Part shown: in pieces, positions 18,701 through 28,031 of the stretch
Numbering within the stretch: position 1 is the stretch's first letter
Layout: every line of letters starts with the position of its first letter
DNA from: a virus
Lineage: Duplodnaviria > Caudoviricetes
DNA: 64,000 bases
Virus record (IMG/VR): IMGVR_UViG_3300030330_004956
Span: 64,001-128,000 of that record
Direction: 5' to 3' (one strand)
Notes under the pieces: model-generated
What the model saw: only the letters and a program-made list of their open reading frames with translations
Told to the model about the DNA's origin: nothing
Database searches by the model: none
Translations under genes and position numbers: made by a program

Positions 18701-19696
18701 TTTGCCAAAGGAATACTTAAATTCCAAAAAATTGGAAAACAAGGAATGTTTGGAGCGATCGCAAATCTTATGTTCTTCTCTGTTGCTATGCTTGCCATGT
18801 CGCCACTGCTTTTGGCTATAGCGATCTTAGCAGGAATTCCAATGTTAATCATTGCAACTGGATTGCTTAAGTTCTCTAAAGCCTTGAGAAAATTTTCTAG
18901 ATTAGGTAAAAAAGATATCGACGGTGCCATCGGTAATTTAGCGTACTTCACGCTAAGTATGATTTTTCTTTCTGTCCCGCTCGCTGCTATCGGTGTTCTT
19001 GTAGGAATCCCACTGATGTTGTTGGGTATGGGATTGATGGGATTTGCTAAGGCAATGAGGCAATTTGGGAAAATAGCAAACTCCGATATTCCTGCCGCTG
19101 TGGACATGCTATCGTACTTCGTGGGGCAAATGTTGCTTCTTTCTATTCCCTTGATGCTACTTAGCGTCTTAGCGCCATTCATGATCGCCGGAATTATTGT
19201 GATTGCAGCCGGCTTGGCAGCGCTTGGCGCCGCACTTGCTCTTATACAAGATAATATGGGCGGTATCATGGCTCTAGATTTCCTATTCCAGTCATTGTCT
19301 AGTACGGCTCAAGGTATAGCTGCCGTAGCAGGAGTTATGGCTGCTTCGATCTTTGGAATTGCCATGGCGCTGATGTTTATTCCGGAGAAAAAGACTCTTG
19401 CATTCGGAATTGCAATGGAAGGATATGGTGCCGCAATGCATGCTGTTGCTCAACTAACGCCAGAATCGGTTGAAGCGGCAGATCAGATAGTTGAGGCTGC
19501 TGGTAGATATGTTGAATTACAAGCAGAAATGAGATTGCCAGATCAGGACTCTTTTGTGCAAGCTATGAGGCAAGTTCTCGGCGGTGGAGACTCTGAAGGC
19601 GGCGGACAAGATATCATTCTTGAGCTTAACGGTAGAGAGTTTGGTAGAGCAGTAGACGCAGCCCTCAATAGCCGTCATTCTCTGAGCATTGACTAA
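15731..19696 (+). CDS. Tape measure protein
   Basis: 1321 aa, A/G/M-rich helical, hydrophobic C-terminal half, ends IILELNGREFGRAV; follows the tube and chaperone genes. Confidence 0.85.
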   Translation: MAKSFKELLIEFRKNAALSPDDATSLDNIIKEVGDKSMAGAAKVRTASQELTAMLGDVAKTTEEHAATYLSSTDEMILKAIEMAEATLANKDATESQITSAQAVVSMYKEQANAINIATKSASKMTTEIDRFARAKGLAKSASDSFFGNLMNSGPLGFAMLKDQMKQYASIQNIANVSMFQFQKQTLELAQAFDGSQAELSKATGTTGEYNDLLYDAQEQNKAFGVGIEEVQKAISNLHNELAVFNQMSSESQMMLTETTARMERLGVEAGVGAEQFDNLIMGMGMGAVQANNASLELVALGDAVGMAAGVISKEFNAAASELAKYGPQATQVFKGMAAAAKATGIEIGNLMSITKQFDTFEGAAVAAGKLNAILGGGVMNSMELLNATEEERIRLMIQGMQASGKNFASLNRFEKQAIASAAGIQDMTEANKIFGMSLSAYDQMQNKASAAAAANAKMEERAAAATKMSEKFKLIMQGFAVAFMPVLDVLHAGANLILQLNDATGGFLIPVLGAASIAFMMYAKSVGAGNAATGASIALKQAAFAIGNTEFMLKIRLAMMDKQEVAMKGIKNALSSKENFLGAMRNVQDAASVKLQAAKNAVMAPGVTLKKIGFAISNSELGIRVQLFAIDAKDFVLQKAKIAQQGISNSMMAVRTTLGKSDLLVRSKGVIVSGYQLAMSKMKNLSMKEGVLLQMKENIATKGGLVFTKIKTLLTGGLALATKSKAAADAASVGPQAAATGGLAGFISVGMSGLPVLLAVAQAALGIGMAFLGIGLAIAAPFIAIAMIVTAFKDLFIAMMQMSSKIAEAAGGLILFGAAAATAMVMIGIALIPFSIALAIATPFLVVGAIGIAAIGVAMLLAAPGFLIFGKAMEAMSSGLGKFLKLKFSKLVAALGNFALFITGLVLMSPLVLAAGILTGIPLLIIGMGLGKFSKSLKLFMKTGRKSMVGAVANLLIFSLGLLAASPFILAAGILAGIPLLIIGLGLLNFAKGILKFQKIGKQGMFGAIANLMFFSVAMLAMSPLLLAIAILAGIPMLIIATGLLKFSKALRKFSRLGKKDIDGAIGNLAYFTLSMIFLSVPLAAIGVLVGIPLMLLGMGLMGFAKAMRQFGKIANSDIPAAVDMLSYFVGQMLLLSIPLMLLSVLAPFMIAGIIVIAAGLAALGAALALIQDNMGGIMALDFLFQSLSSTAQGIAAVAGVMAASIFGIAMALMFIPEKKTLAFGIAMEGYGAAMHAVAQLTPESVEAADQIVEAAGRYVELQAEMRLPDQDSFVQAMRQVLGGGDSEGGGQDIILELNGREFGRAVDAALNSRHSLSID
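18370..19200 (+). repeat. 57-aa (171-nt) degenerate tandem repeat within the tape measure gene
   Basis: GIP codons at 18491, 18662, 18833 and 19004, exactly 171 nt apart. Confidence 0.85.
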
Positions 19697-19699
19697 TTA
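19693..19699 (+). promoter_or_regulatory. Putative late promoter CTAATTA overlapping the tape measure stop codon
   Basis: CTANTTA variant. Confidence 0.5.
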
Positions 19700-19719
19700 G
19701 TATATAGGAGGATTGCAAA

Positions 19720-20583
19720 ATGGCTAGAGAGGTATACGGATATACATCAGAAAACGGGCGTGATAAAACCCAAATGAACTCTGATGAAAGAGCCGCGATC
19801 AACGCAGATCCGGCAACTCAATTGGCGATTAATCGCGGACAAGAGTTACAAATTTACCACATTCCTTCTGGAAAGTTGTTGAAGTTCAAAGCATACGTCG
19901 AAGACTACCAAGACAAATACACTACTGAGTGGACAAATGCAGATGTTTATGGTAGAATGGACTCGATTCATCAATATCAGGGCACAAAAAGGATTATTAC
20001 ACTTGATTGGGTTCTTCCGGCAGCGTCTGTTGCAGAAGCTAGATGGAATCATGAAAAGCTAGCTCTTCTTTTTTCCATGTTATACCCGCACTATGATGCT
20101 GTCGGCCCTAGTAATCCCTCCAGTGCAACGCAAATTAGTACAGCCCCAATTTTTAAAATAAAATTCGGCAATCTGATACAAGATCCAAGATTTGGAGAAT
20201 CTTCTGGCGATGCTGATGAGGGCGGATTGGTGGGCGCCATCGACGGTTTCATTTACGCTCCAGACTTTGAACAGGGATTTGTTGACGATATGTCTGCTGG
20301 CGCTTTCGGCATACCGTCGCCAAATGGAACACCTCGTAGTGGTGGTGGTGCTGGCGGTGCTGGAGTAGACGGGCATGGTGTTATGTATCCCAAGCTTTCA
20401 AAGTTATCAATGGAATTGACAATATTTCATACCTTTCCTCTGGGCTGGGAAGGCTCTAGCAAAAGGACGCCTTCTTTCCCATACGGTTTATTACCCGGCG
20501 CAGCTGGCGGCGCCGGCGGAGTGGGCGCAGGAACTACAGACGAAGCCGACGAAGAAGCCGAAAACTCAACATTAGATCCATAG
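19720..20583 (+). CDS. Baseplate tube-initiator-like protein
   Basis: FKAYV..YQD...W....YGRMD....YQGTKR.I.L.W, SMLYP.Y, PIFKIKFGNL; follows the tape measure gene. Confidence 0.6.
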   Translation: MAREVYGYTSENGRDKTQMNSDERAAINADPATQLAINRGQELQIYHIPSGKLLKFKAYVEDYQDKYTTEWTNADVYGRMDSIHQYQGTKRIITLDWVLPAASVAEARWNHEKLALLFSMLYPHYDAVGPSNPSSATQISTAPIFKIKFGNLIQDPRFGESSGDADEGGLVGAIDGFIYAPDFEQGFVDDMSAGAFGIPSPNGTPRSGGGAGGAGVDGHGVMYPKLSKLSMELTIFHTFPLGWEGSSKRTPSFPYGLLPGAAGGAGGVGAGTTDEADEEAENSTLDP

Positions 20584-20600
20584 AATAGGAGAAACAGAAA

Positions 20601-20939
20601 GTGTCTAGATTTACAAACAGAAGAATATTTCGCAATAAAAACGAACTGTATGAAGAAATGCTTGAGGAAAGAGAAGCAAAGTATTTCAGACAATACGTGA
20701 CTCCTGATTTTACTTATCCAACAGTAGAGCAGATGAAAGAAATTAAAAGACTTAAGCATCGATGGAAAAGGGGAGATAGATTTTATAAATTAGCTTTTGA
20801 GCATTACGGAGATCCGAATTTGTGGTGGGTTATAGCTTGGTTTAACAAGACACCCACAGAATCTCATGTCGCAATTGGTTCTATCGTACTAGTTCCTAAG
20901 CCACTTGAAAAGGTACTTAAATATTTGGGGAATAGATAA
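20601..20939 (+). CDS. LysM-type baseplate protein (gp53/gpX-like)
   Basis: GDRFYKLAFEHYGDPNLWWVIAWFN. Confidence 0.8.
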   Translation: MSRFTNRRIFRNKNELYEEMLEEREAKYFRQYVTPDFTYPTVEQMKEIKRLKHRWKRGDRFYKLAFEHYGDPNLWWVIAWFNKTPTESHVAIGSIVLVPKPLEKVLKYLGNR

Positions 20940-23515
20940 TGGCTTTTGGAGACGTAATAGAAGGCGAAACAGAAGACGGACAAGAAAAACCATTTGCTAA
21001 ATTCAGCGATGCATGTTTTTTGATGGACTATATTGATGTAATTGCTAAGAAAGGAATTCAGGCAAATCCAAATGGATTTAAGAATTTTAAGGTAGTAGAT
21101 GCTAACTCCGATCGTGGCGGTGGCGCTCACTATATTATTGCGAAATTAACTTCTAGAACTGGGCTGGAAAAGTTTATCGATATAGCCCCAGCGGCTCTCT
21201 CTGCGCTCCAGCCACGAGTTAGATTGTATAAGTTAATTTATGAAAACGGGCCGGGCGCTGCCCCAACATCAAAAGAATTCATATTTCATGATTTTTATAG
21301 CCAAGACAAAGTTGAAGCAATTTTAGATGGAAACTCTAAAAGAATTGGTGGGGTAGGCTTGAAAGAGTGCTCTTGGATCCTTGACGGAACAAACCCAGCA
21401 GAAGCAGAAAAAGTAATTAAAGTCAGCATGGGATTTGAATTCCAATCTGCCGCAGATCTACTGGGTGAAAGGTTTAATCCAAATGATGGATCTATTTTGT
21501 CTCCAGAAGACAATCCTGCACTAGAAAATCAGGCGAACATGATCGATCTCATTTTACATCCACCTAAGAGACAAGATGCAGAAGGTACAAATGCTAATTT
21601 GAACGCTTCAGAGGGAAAATATGTTCCCACGTTCTACAGAATAAAATTAGAAATTGGGTGGGCAACTCCAAACTTAGACGAAGGTAGGCTACCCGGGCTA
21701 ACCACCGAAGAGACGATCGATCTTACAACAGAACTCAGAAAGCAAAGAATGTCTTTGATATTGAACTTGGTTGATCATACGCTAGATATCAAAGAAAATG
21801 GTGCTGTATCTTTGACTGTGGAATATGTTGGCGCCTTAGAAGAGACTATTAACGGAAATGCTGCCAATATTCTTAATTTGATTGATCGGGCAAAAGCCAC
21901 GCCCGCAGCAGAAAACTTGGCAGAAGAAATAGAACTTAAAAAGAGGCAAATTGCAGATATCGAACAACAAATTGAATGCCTAAATTTGGTTAACCCCAAC
22001 GGATCGGCAACTGCTGAAGATTTACAAGATGATATCGAAGATCTGCGCGAAGATGTGGCAGATTTCGAAGAAGAGATGCACGAATTCACGTCGGGTGTCA
22101 AGGGGCAGGTTTATAAACAATTTTTAACTAGATTGTTTGAACAAAGAGGAATATACGGGTTTGACATTGACGAAGGACAAATCGAAAATTGGCTAGAAAG
22201 TGTCGAACCCGGCAAAACACGCCCAGCTTTTTCAGACGTCGCCGGCGATATAGAGAGAAGTGAAGCCCCAGACTCCGCAGAAGAAGCAGTTGAGGCTATC
22301 GAGGATGCTGCCAATGAAACCGCTGATGCAGAACCTGCCGAGCAACAAAATGCAGTAGAAGAAGAAACAGCAGGTGTCATCGAAGATGCTAAAGACGCAG
22401 CCACTGATCCGGACAAGGGTAGAATAAACTTTTTATTCTTTGGAGATATTTTGGAAACTGCATGCGAAGTTATGTCCACCGGCGGCGGGAACCCACACCT
22501 AGACAACATGAGAATCCTTACCGGCCCAGTCGTGATCAACCACCCCAGAGGCAGTAAATTGCATTTTAACTTGGCAGACTTGCCAATACCATTTCATGAT
22601 TTTCAGCAATTTTTCTTTGAAGTTGTTGTCAGGAAACAACTGTCTTCTTATCCTTTGAGGCAATTTGTCAAAGATGTTATAGAGAGGTTAGTCAAGAAAG
22701 TACTTCAGCCATCTGAGTGTTTTCCCGGCGATAAAGAAGGTAGGGCAATTAATATAAGTGTCAATAATTTTCCAATCTCCGAAGGCACTGCCACCAATGC
22801 TGGTATTGGGGGGAACGGTGGAGGTAATTGCCAAGGAAGGCTTGTGATGGACGCCTTCCCCAATGCGTCCATTGAGCCATTAGGAGAAGATGCACGCCCA
22901 ATGAATTGTATGTTGTTCTACATGAACTCCTACAAGGCAGCAGAACTAAAAGCCAACGATATTGATGATAGAAACAAAGGTATATACCACTACTATATTG
23001 GGCTAGATAGGGGGCTAATAAAATCAATCAATTTCTCAAAAGCAGATCAACAAGGACTTCGAGAAGCACGCCAAGGCGAAGACGGTAATTTAGGACAAAT
23101 CAGGGACGTATATAACGCTAAAGTTAAAATGGTTGGAAACAACTTATACTACCCGGGAATGAAACTGTTCTTAAACCCACCAATTGGATTTGGACGCCCA
23201 GAAGTCGATGCTTTTGGCGGCGGATATGGCACATTAGCTAATTTGTTGGGCATAGGCGGATATTATGATGTAATTACTGTGGACTCTGTAATTAATAGGG
23301 GTGGACAGTATGAGACTGAGTTGGACTGCGTGTTTGCACAATCTGGAGGAAAGAGGGACAGCATTGAAGCTAGGTGCGACAGTGTGATCACCTCTTTGGC
23401 TGCTCAAATGGCAGCAGACGAGAACAACAGTTTTGCTGGACAAGCTGCCCAGTATGTTGGGGCAGATCCGGCAACACCATCCGGCACAGAAGCGGATCTT
23501 AGGAGTGGAGAATAA
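20939..23515 (+). CDS. Baseplate hub-like protein
   Basis: KLEIGW; C-terminal YNAKVKMVGNNLYYPGM..GGYY.V..V..YETEL; follows the LysM gene. Confidence 0.55.
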   Translation: MAFGDVIEGETEDGQEKPFAKFSDACFLMDYIDVIAKKGIQANPNGFKNFKVVDANSDRGGGAHYIIAKLTSRTGLEKFIDIAPAALSALQPRVRLYKLIYENGPGAAPTSKEFIFHDFYSQDKVEAILDGNSKRIGGVGLKECSWILDGTNPAEAEKVIKVSMGFEFQSAADLLGERFNPNDGSILSPEDNPALENQANMIDLILHPPKRQDAEGTNANLNASEGKYVPTFYRIKLEIGWATPNLDEGRLPGLTTEETIDLTTELRKQRMSLILNLVDHTLDIKENGAVSLTVEYVGALEETINGNAANILNLIDRAKATPAAENLAEEIELKKRQIADIEQQIECLNLVNPNGSATAEDLQDDIEDLREDVADFEEEMHEFTSGVKGQVYKQFLTRLFEQRGIYGFDIDEGQIENWLESVEPGKTRPAFSDVAGDIERSEAPDSAEEAVEAIEDAANETADAEPAEQQNAVEEETAGVIEDAKDAATDPDKGRINFLFFGDILETACEVMSTGGGNPHLDNMRILTGPVVINHPRGSKLHFNLADLPIPFHDFQQFFFEVVVRKQLSSYPLRQFVKDVIERLVKKVLQPSECFPGDKEGRAINISVNNFPISEGTATNAGIGGNGGGNCQGRLVMDAFPNASIEPLGEDARPMNCMLFYMNSYKAAELKANDIDDRNKGIYHYYIGLDRGLIKSINFSKADQQGLREARQGEDGNLGQIRDVYNAKVKMVGNNLYYPGMKLFLNPPIGFGRPEVDAFGGGYGTLANLLGIGGYYDVITVDSVINRGGQYETELDCVFAQSGGKRDSIEARCDSVITSLAAQMAADENNSFAGQAAQYVGADPATPSGTEADLRSGE

Positions 23516-25059
23516 TGGCAGGTAGAAGAAAGAGCAGAAGAAGAAGAGCAGTAGACTATAACAAGCCTATGAGAAATAGGCATAACAAGAAAAGATACGA
23601 ACTCAAAGAAAAGATACTAAATCAGGTTGATAAGAAGTTCGAAGAATCATTAGATAATCCAGTCACGCTATCAGAAGAACAAATAGACAACATTGTTGAG
23701 GCAATCGTCCGCACAGGACAGGCAACAGACACTAATGAGCCTTTTGTAAAAGACATCATTCCTTTGGGATCTAATAACGATAAGTCGAAAAAGCTTTTTC
23801 ATCGTAGAAAGTACTATAAAGACTACGCATGGCCGAAGCCAGCACAATCTCAAAACATCATGGATGAAGACATTCCAGATGATAACTCAAAATATCAAGG
23901 AAACGCTCGCAAAATTTTTGCGCCATTTCAATTTGAAGATTTGATGTATAATAAGACATTTTATGGCAGACTAGATACAAATAACTATTCTGTATATCCA
24001 ATAAACAAGTTTTTGAAAGGAGTCAGGGGCACAGAAGACAAAGTTATGCTGCTTGATTTTGTTGCGGATGCTGCAAATGGAATGATTAGGAAAATTGAAA
24101 CCTTAAAAGAGACTGGCAAGATGTCAAACACTAGTACATATTATGAATTTAAGGTTAAAAGAGGATTTACTGATTTTGTTAGCGATCATCACACTACTAT
24201 GAAAGCTTTTTTCGACACATTTGTTATAACTTGGGCAAATGATCCAAGAAGGTTCACTAGAATAATTGATTTTGATTCTTTTTGTAGAGAATTCACTTAT
24301 TTTTTAGGCTTGGTGCTTCCAAAGTTTCCCCTGAGCAGAACAAATTTACTTCTCAGAAAAACAACCTCTCCTATGACAACCGGAATTATGTTTGAAATTT
24401 CAAAGGCAAAGCACGATCAAGATAAAAAGAAGTATAATAACTTTATCTTAGACGATCACTTTTTGCAAATACAGAGCATAGCAAACGGCTTTGGGTTTAT
24501 GGTTGACAAGAACGCGCCATGGCGATTTATAGCTGATTTGGAGTCTATTCCGATGAAAAAAAGAATGGAAAATTATGGATTCATGAATTTGCAGCAAATG
24601 TTTGACAGAAGATTTTACAAATGCCATCTTTATGAAGCTAACTCTATTAGAGAGTACTTCTTGTCATTTTACGACTCTTTTGTTGAGGCGTACCCATACT
24701 ATACCAAAGTAGAGAGATGTACAGATCACACTTCAAAAGCAAAGCTTCTATATAGGACGCAAAGACAGAGAAATCCATTTACCGACAGAAAACTTTTAGA
24801 ATATTATTATTTTCTTAGAGCCAAAGAGGCGAGAATGGACTGGCAGCAGGAAACTTTTGATATTGAGGTTCAAACAGCCCAAAGTATTTTTAACGAGTAT
24901 GGGTTTATTGCCGCCTTAAATTATGTAAATGATAAAACTAGCTTGATCGTCGGAAGAGGCGCCAATTTTGGAAATAAAATAAAAAATCAAGATGGAAAAC
25001 GAATAATTTACAACCATCAGCCGTCTTATAAGAGAAGTAATTTTACTATGACGTTCTAG
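23515..25059 (+). CDS. Hypothetical protein
   Basis: 514-aa ORF coupled by a TAATG overlap; basic N-term. Confidence 0.6.
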   Translation: MAGRRKSRRRRAVDYNKPMRNRHNKKRYELKEKILNQVDKKFEESLDNPVTLSEEQIDNIVEAIVRTGQATDTNEPFVKDIIPLGSNNDKSKKLFHRRKYYKDYAWPKPAQSQNIMDEDIPDDNSKYQGNARKIFAPFQFEDLMYNKTFYGRLDTNNYSVYPINKFLKGVRGTEDKVMLLDFVADAANGMIRKIETLKETGKMSNTSTYYEFKVKRGFTDFVSDHHTTMKAFFDTFVITWANDPRRFTRIIDFDSFCREFTYFLGLVLPKFPLSRTNLLLRKTTSPMTTGIMFEISKAKHDQDKKKYNNFILDDHFLQIQSIANGFGFMVDKNAPWRFIADLESIPMKKRMENYGFMNLQQMFDRRFYKCHLYEANSIREYFLSFYDSFVEAYPYYTKVERCTDHTSKAKLLYRTQRQRNPFTDRKLLEYYYFLRAKEARMDWQQETFDIEVQTAQSIFNEYGFIAALNYVNDKTSLIVGRGANFGNKIKNQDGKRIIYNHQPSYKRSNFTMTF

Positions 25060-25067
25060 GAGGTTGG

Positions 25068-26249
25068 ATGATTTTTCAAGCACTTGATGATAAATCTGAG
25101 TGTGTTGGTATATACTGCGATGGCAACTTGTCGTTTGATGAAATACCCAGTAATTTGACTAAAACATGGAATTATTCTAATTTTTTATCAGAATACGACA
25201 TTGAATATGCTAGTATATATTGCCATGGCAAAAGTTTGGAAGAAGTTTGTCCTTCCCACCTTGTTGACAGGTGGGAATTTATATCTAACAGACTCAGAGC
25301 TTTTGTGAGGGCTAATCAAATAGCAAAAGTTAGTCTAGACGACAACTGCTTTTTTGACGTCACACCCGCACGATTCATGAAAGAATTTTGCCAAATGAAG
25401 AATGAAATCTGTGAATGGGTTTTTTCTAAGTACGATCGCCCTGACAATTACGATCATTTGGTAAATGTACAGAAAGTTCTGTCTGAAATGAAATATCAAA
25501 AGTTAAATATTGATGTGAAGCCACTTCGTGCGTACTGGACGGACAGGAGAGCCAAAATTTTGTATAAAAAATATGAAAGCAGAGCCGCATACTGCGATTA
25601 CAACTTATTTGGCTCAGTGACAGGGCGCCTTTCTACAAATAAAAACTCTTTCCCTCTTCTTAATCTTAAGAAAGAGTATAGAGAAATAATCAAACCAAAT
25701 AATGACTTTTTCATAGAATTAGATTACAACGCAGCAGAGGCAAGAGTTGTGCTTTCCTTGTTGGGACTTGAGCAGCCTGATATGGATATTCACGAGTATC
25801 ACGCAAAAAGCCTTTACAGGTGCTCTAGAGACGATGCCAAGAAGAGGTTTTTTGCATGGCTGTACAATCCTAATTCTGAAGATAAAATCTCTAGTGGGCA
25901 ATATGATAGAGATTTGTTGTTGAGCAGATACAGATGTAACGATTCGATTGAAACAATATTCAAAAGAAAAATTAAATGTGACGATTTTCATGCTTTTAAC
26001 TACCTTATTCAAAGTACATGCGCTGATATGGTTCTTGACAGACTAGTGGCTATACACAACATTCTTAAGGGCAAAAAGAGTTGTGTTGCATTCACTTTGC
26101 ATGATAGCGTAATCTTAGATTTTTCTTCAGATGATAAAGAACTAATAAAATTAATTGTAGAAGAATATAAAAATACAGAATTAGGTAATTTTAAAACTAC
26201 AGTTTCAGCAGGTAAAGATTTATATAATCTAAAATTAATTAATATATAA
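25068..26249 (+). CDS. Compact family A DNA polymerase-like protein
   Basis: TGRLS; motif A LDYNAAEAR; motif B RDDAKKRFFAWLY; NYLIQSTCAD; motif C LHDS. Confidence 0.8.
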   Translation: MIFQALDDKSECVGIYCDGNLSFDEIPSNLTKTWNYSNFLSEYDIEYASIYCHGKSLEEVCPSHLVDRWEFISNRLRAFVRANQIAKVSLDDNCFFDVTPARFMKEFCQMKNEICEWVFSKYDRPDNYDHLVNVQKVLSEMKYQKLNIDVKPLRAYWTDRRAKILYKKYESRAAYCDYNLFGSVTGRLSTNKNSFPLLNLKKEYREIIKPNNDFFIELDYNAAEARVVLSLLGLEQPDMDIHEYHAKSLYRCSRDDAKKRFFAWLYNPNSEDKISSGQYDRDLLLSRYRCNDSIETIFKRKIKCDDFHAFNYLIQSTCADMVLDRLVAIHNILKGKKSCVAFTLHDSVILDFSSDDKELIKLIVEEYKNTELGNFKTTVSAGKDLYNLKLINI

Positions 26250-26259
26250 GAGGTATAAG

Positions 26260-27111
26260 ATGAATATTATAGGTTTAGGAAAAGCGGGGTGTAATATTGC
26301 AGAACTATTCAAGCAGTATCCTCAATATACTGTCTTCAAGATCGATTCAGATGAAAAGCTGAAAAGAAAAAAGAACTGTATGTACATTCCAAAACAATCC
26401 TCAGTGGAATTATATGACGCCAACCCAGTCGATCTTAAGAGACTATTAAAGAATTTAGACGAAGACGAAGAATGTTTTCTGATAGTGTGTGGATCTGGAA
26501 AAATCTCTGGTTGTGCATTGTGGACTTTGAGGCAACTAAAAGAAGCTGGACAAGATATAAGAATAATTTACATAAAGCCAGAATTAAGCACCCTAGACAA
26601 CATAGCTAAATTGAGAAATAGAGCACATTTCCACATTCTCCAAGAATACACCAGATCTGGTGTTTTTAGTAAAATTTTCTTAATTGATAATGCCAAGATG
26701 CCAGAAATTGTCGGAAAAGCACCCGTAATTAACTATTATAGCAAGACAAACGAGTTTATCGTATCAACCATACATTGGTACAACATATACAGAAACACAG
26801 ATCCTGTATTTGATACCTTTCGTGATGAATATGTAAGTTCTAGAATCTGTGCATTTTCTTATATCGACATAGAGGAACAAAAAGAGACAAAAACTTTTTC
26901 TATAGAAAATTGTAACCAAATTAAATATTTTTATGGCATCAATCGTATAACAATAGAAGATGACGAAACTTTGCTTGATAGACTAACAGCCATCAGCTTA
27001 GGAGAAGGGAACTCTCCAGCATCTATTTCTCATGGAATATATTCTACAGATTTAGAGACTGGATATTCGTTTGCAGTGCATTCATCATCAGATATTCAAG
27101 AACAGGAATAA
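26260..27111 (+). CDS. FtsZ/tubulin-like (PhuZ/TubZ-type) protein, divergent
   Basis: IIGLGKAGCNIA N-term; degenerate signature CGSGKISG; IYIKP; LIDN. Confidence 0.65.
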   Translation: MNIIGLGKAGCNIAELFKQYPQYTVFKIDSDEKLKRKKNCMYIPKQSSVELYDANPVDLKRLLKNLDEDEECFLIVCGSGKISGCALWTLRQLKEAGQDIRIIYIKPELSTLDNIAKLRNRAHFHILQEYTRSGVFSKIFLIDNAKMPEIVGKAPVINYYSKTNEFIVSTIHWYNIYRNTDPVFDTFRDEYVSSRICAFSYIDIEEQKETKTFSIENCNQIKYFYGINRITIEDDETLLDRLTAISLGEGNSPASISHGIYSTDLETGYSFAVHSSSDIQEQE

Positions 27112-27112
27112 A

Positions 27113-27634
27113 ATGTCAAAATTCAAAACAGTTTTATTAGATCCGCCATGGAACGAACGTGGCGGTGGCAAGATAAAGAGAGGCGCCGACAAGCACTATG
27201 AATTGCTTAAAACGCCTGATATCATTAGAGTCATTCTTCAATCAGAATGCTGGAATGAATTAGAAGACAACGCGCACATGTACTTGTGGGCTACTAACAA
27301 CCACCTAGAAGATGCTTTGTATGTGATGAAGTCATTAGGATTTCGATATGTAACAAACATTGTGTGGGTAAAAGACAGAATTGGGCTTGGGCAATATGCT
27401 AGAGGCAAGCATGAACTTTTATTGTTTGGCACCAGAGGCACTAAGCATACCACAGTTAAAAAAGAAAACAACACTTTAGCTTCTGTTATCGAAGCAAAGC
27501 GTGATAAGCATTCTAAGAAGCCAGAAGCTTCATTTGAATGGATTGAAAATAGATCTCACGGGCCGTACCTAGAAATGTTCTCCAGAGACGAAAGAGAAGG
27601 ATGGACAGTTTGGGGAAAAGAAGTGAATAAATAA
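27113..27634 (+). CDS. MT-A70 family N6-adenine methyltransferase
   Basis: DPPW, YLWAT, GFRYVTNIVWVK, GLGQYARGKHE, HSKKP, LEMFSR..REGWTVWG. Confidence 0.9.
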   Translation: MSKFKTVLLDPPWNERGGGKIKRGADKHYELLKTPDIIRVILQSECWNELEDNAHMYLWATNNHLEDALYVMKSLGFRYVTNIVWVKDRIGLGQYARGKHELLLFGTRGTKHTTVKKENNTLASVIEAKRDKHSKKPEASFEWIENRSHGPYLEMFSRDEREGWTVWGKEVNK

Positions 27635-27649
27635 GCGTCGTCAGACGTA
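27624..27649 (+). promoter_or_regulatory. ECF-like promoter TGAATA-N16-CGTA
   Basis: One of 15 copies with conserved spacing. Confidence 0.8.
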
Positions 27650-27679
27650 TTAATAATAACCATAAAAAAGGAGTAAACA

Positions 27680-27952
27680 ATGGGGAATATTAAATATTAT
27701 CGTGGAACTTTCACGAAAGCAAATGGTGAACTTCGGACTATGTTTTTTGTCCGAGCAGGCGATCTGCCTGATACGTTTATCACAACCAACACAAAGGGTA
27801 CTGGGCGTACTCGCAATCTCAAGGAAGGTTTGGAGACTGTTTGGGATCTTCAAAGTAAGTCTTGGCGTACTTTCAACTGGCGAACTTCTAATCCAGAGGA
27901 AACCACTATTTTTGAAGCAGACGAAAATATTCTGAATAATTTTGGAAACTGA
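27680..27952 (+). CDS. WYL_2/SH3-like (DUF2693-like) protein
   Basis: FTKANGELRTM...VWDLQSKSWRTF. Confidence 0.7.
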   Translation: MGNIKYYRGTFTKANGELRTMFFVRAGDLPDTFITTNTKGTGRTRNLKEGLETVWDLQSKSWRTFNWRTSNPEETTIFEADENILNNFGN

Positions 27953-27958
27953 GACGTA
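27933..27958 (+). promoter_or_regulatory. ECF-like promoter TGAATA-N16-CGTA (SSB)
   Basis: Motif copy. Confidence 0.8.
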
Positions 27959-28031
27959 CTATGGATAGCGGCAAAGCAGATCAGCTTTGTTGACTATAGA
28001 CAACAGTCAAATAACAATAAGGAGAAATATT

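Noticed and set aside
17938-19269. 443-aa minus-strand ORF
   Set aside because: Antisense shadow of the hydrophobic repeat region of the tape measure gene; no RBS or promoter, and the window is otherwise single-stranded in coding.
26260-27111. Tubulin-like gene as evidence of a nucleus-forming (chimallin) phage
   Set aside because: No chimallin or multisubunit RNA polymerase recognisable here; the capsid is T4-type; a tubulin alone is insufficient.
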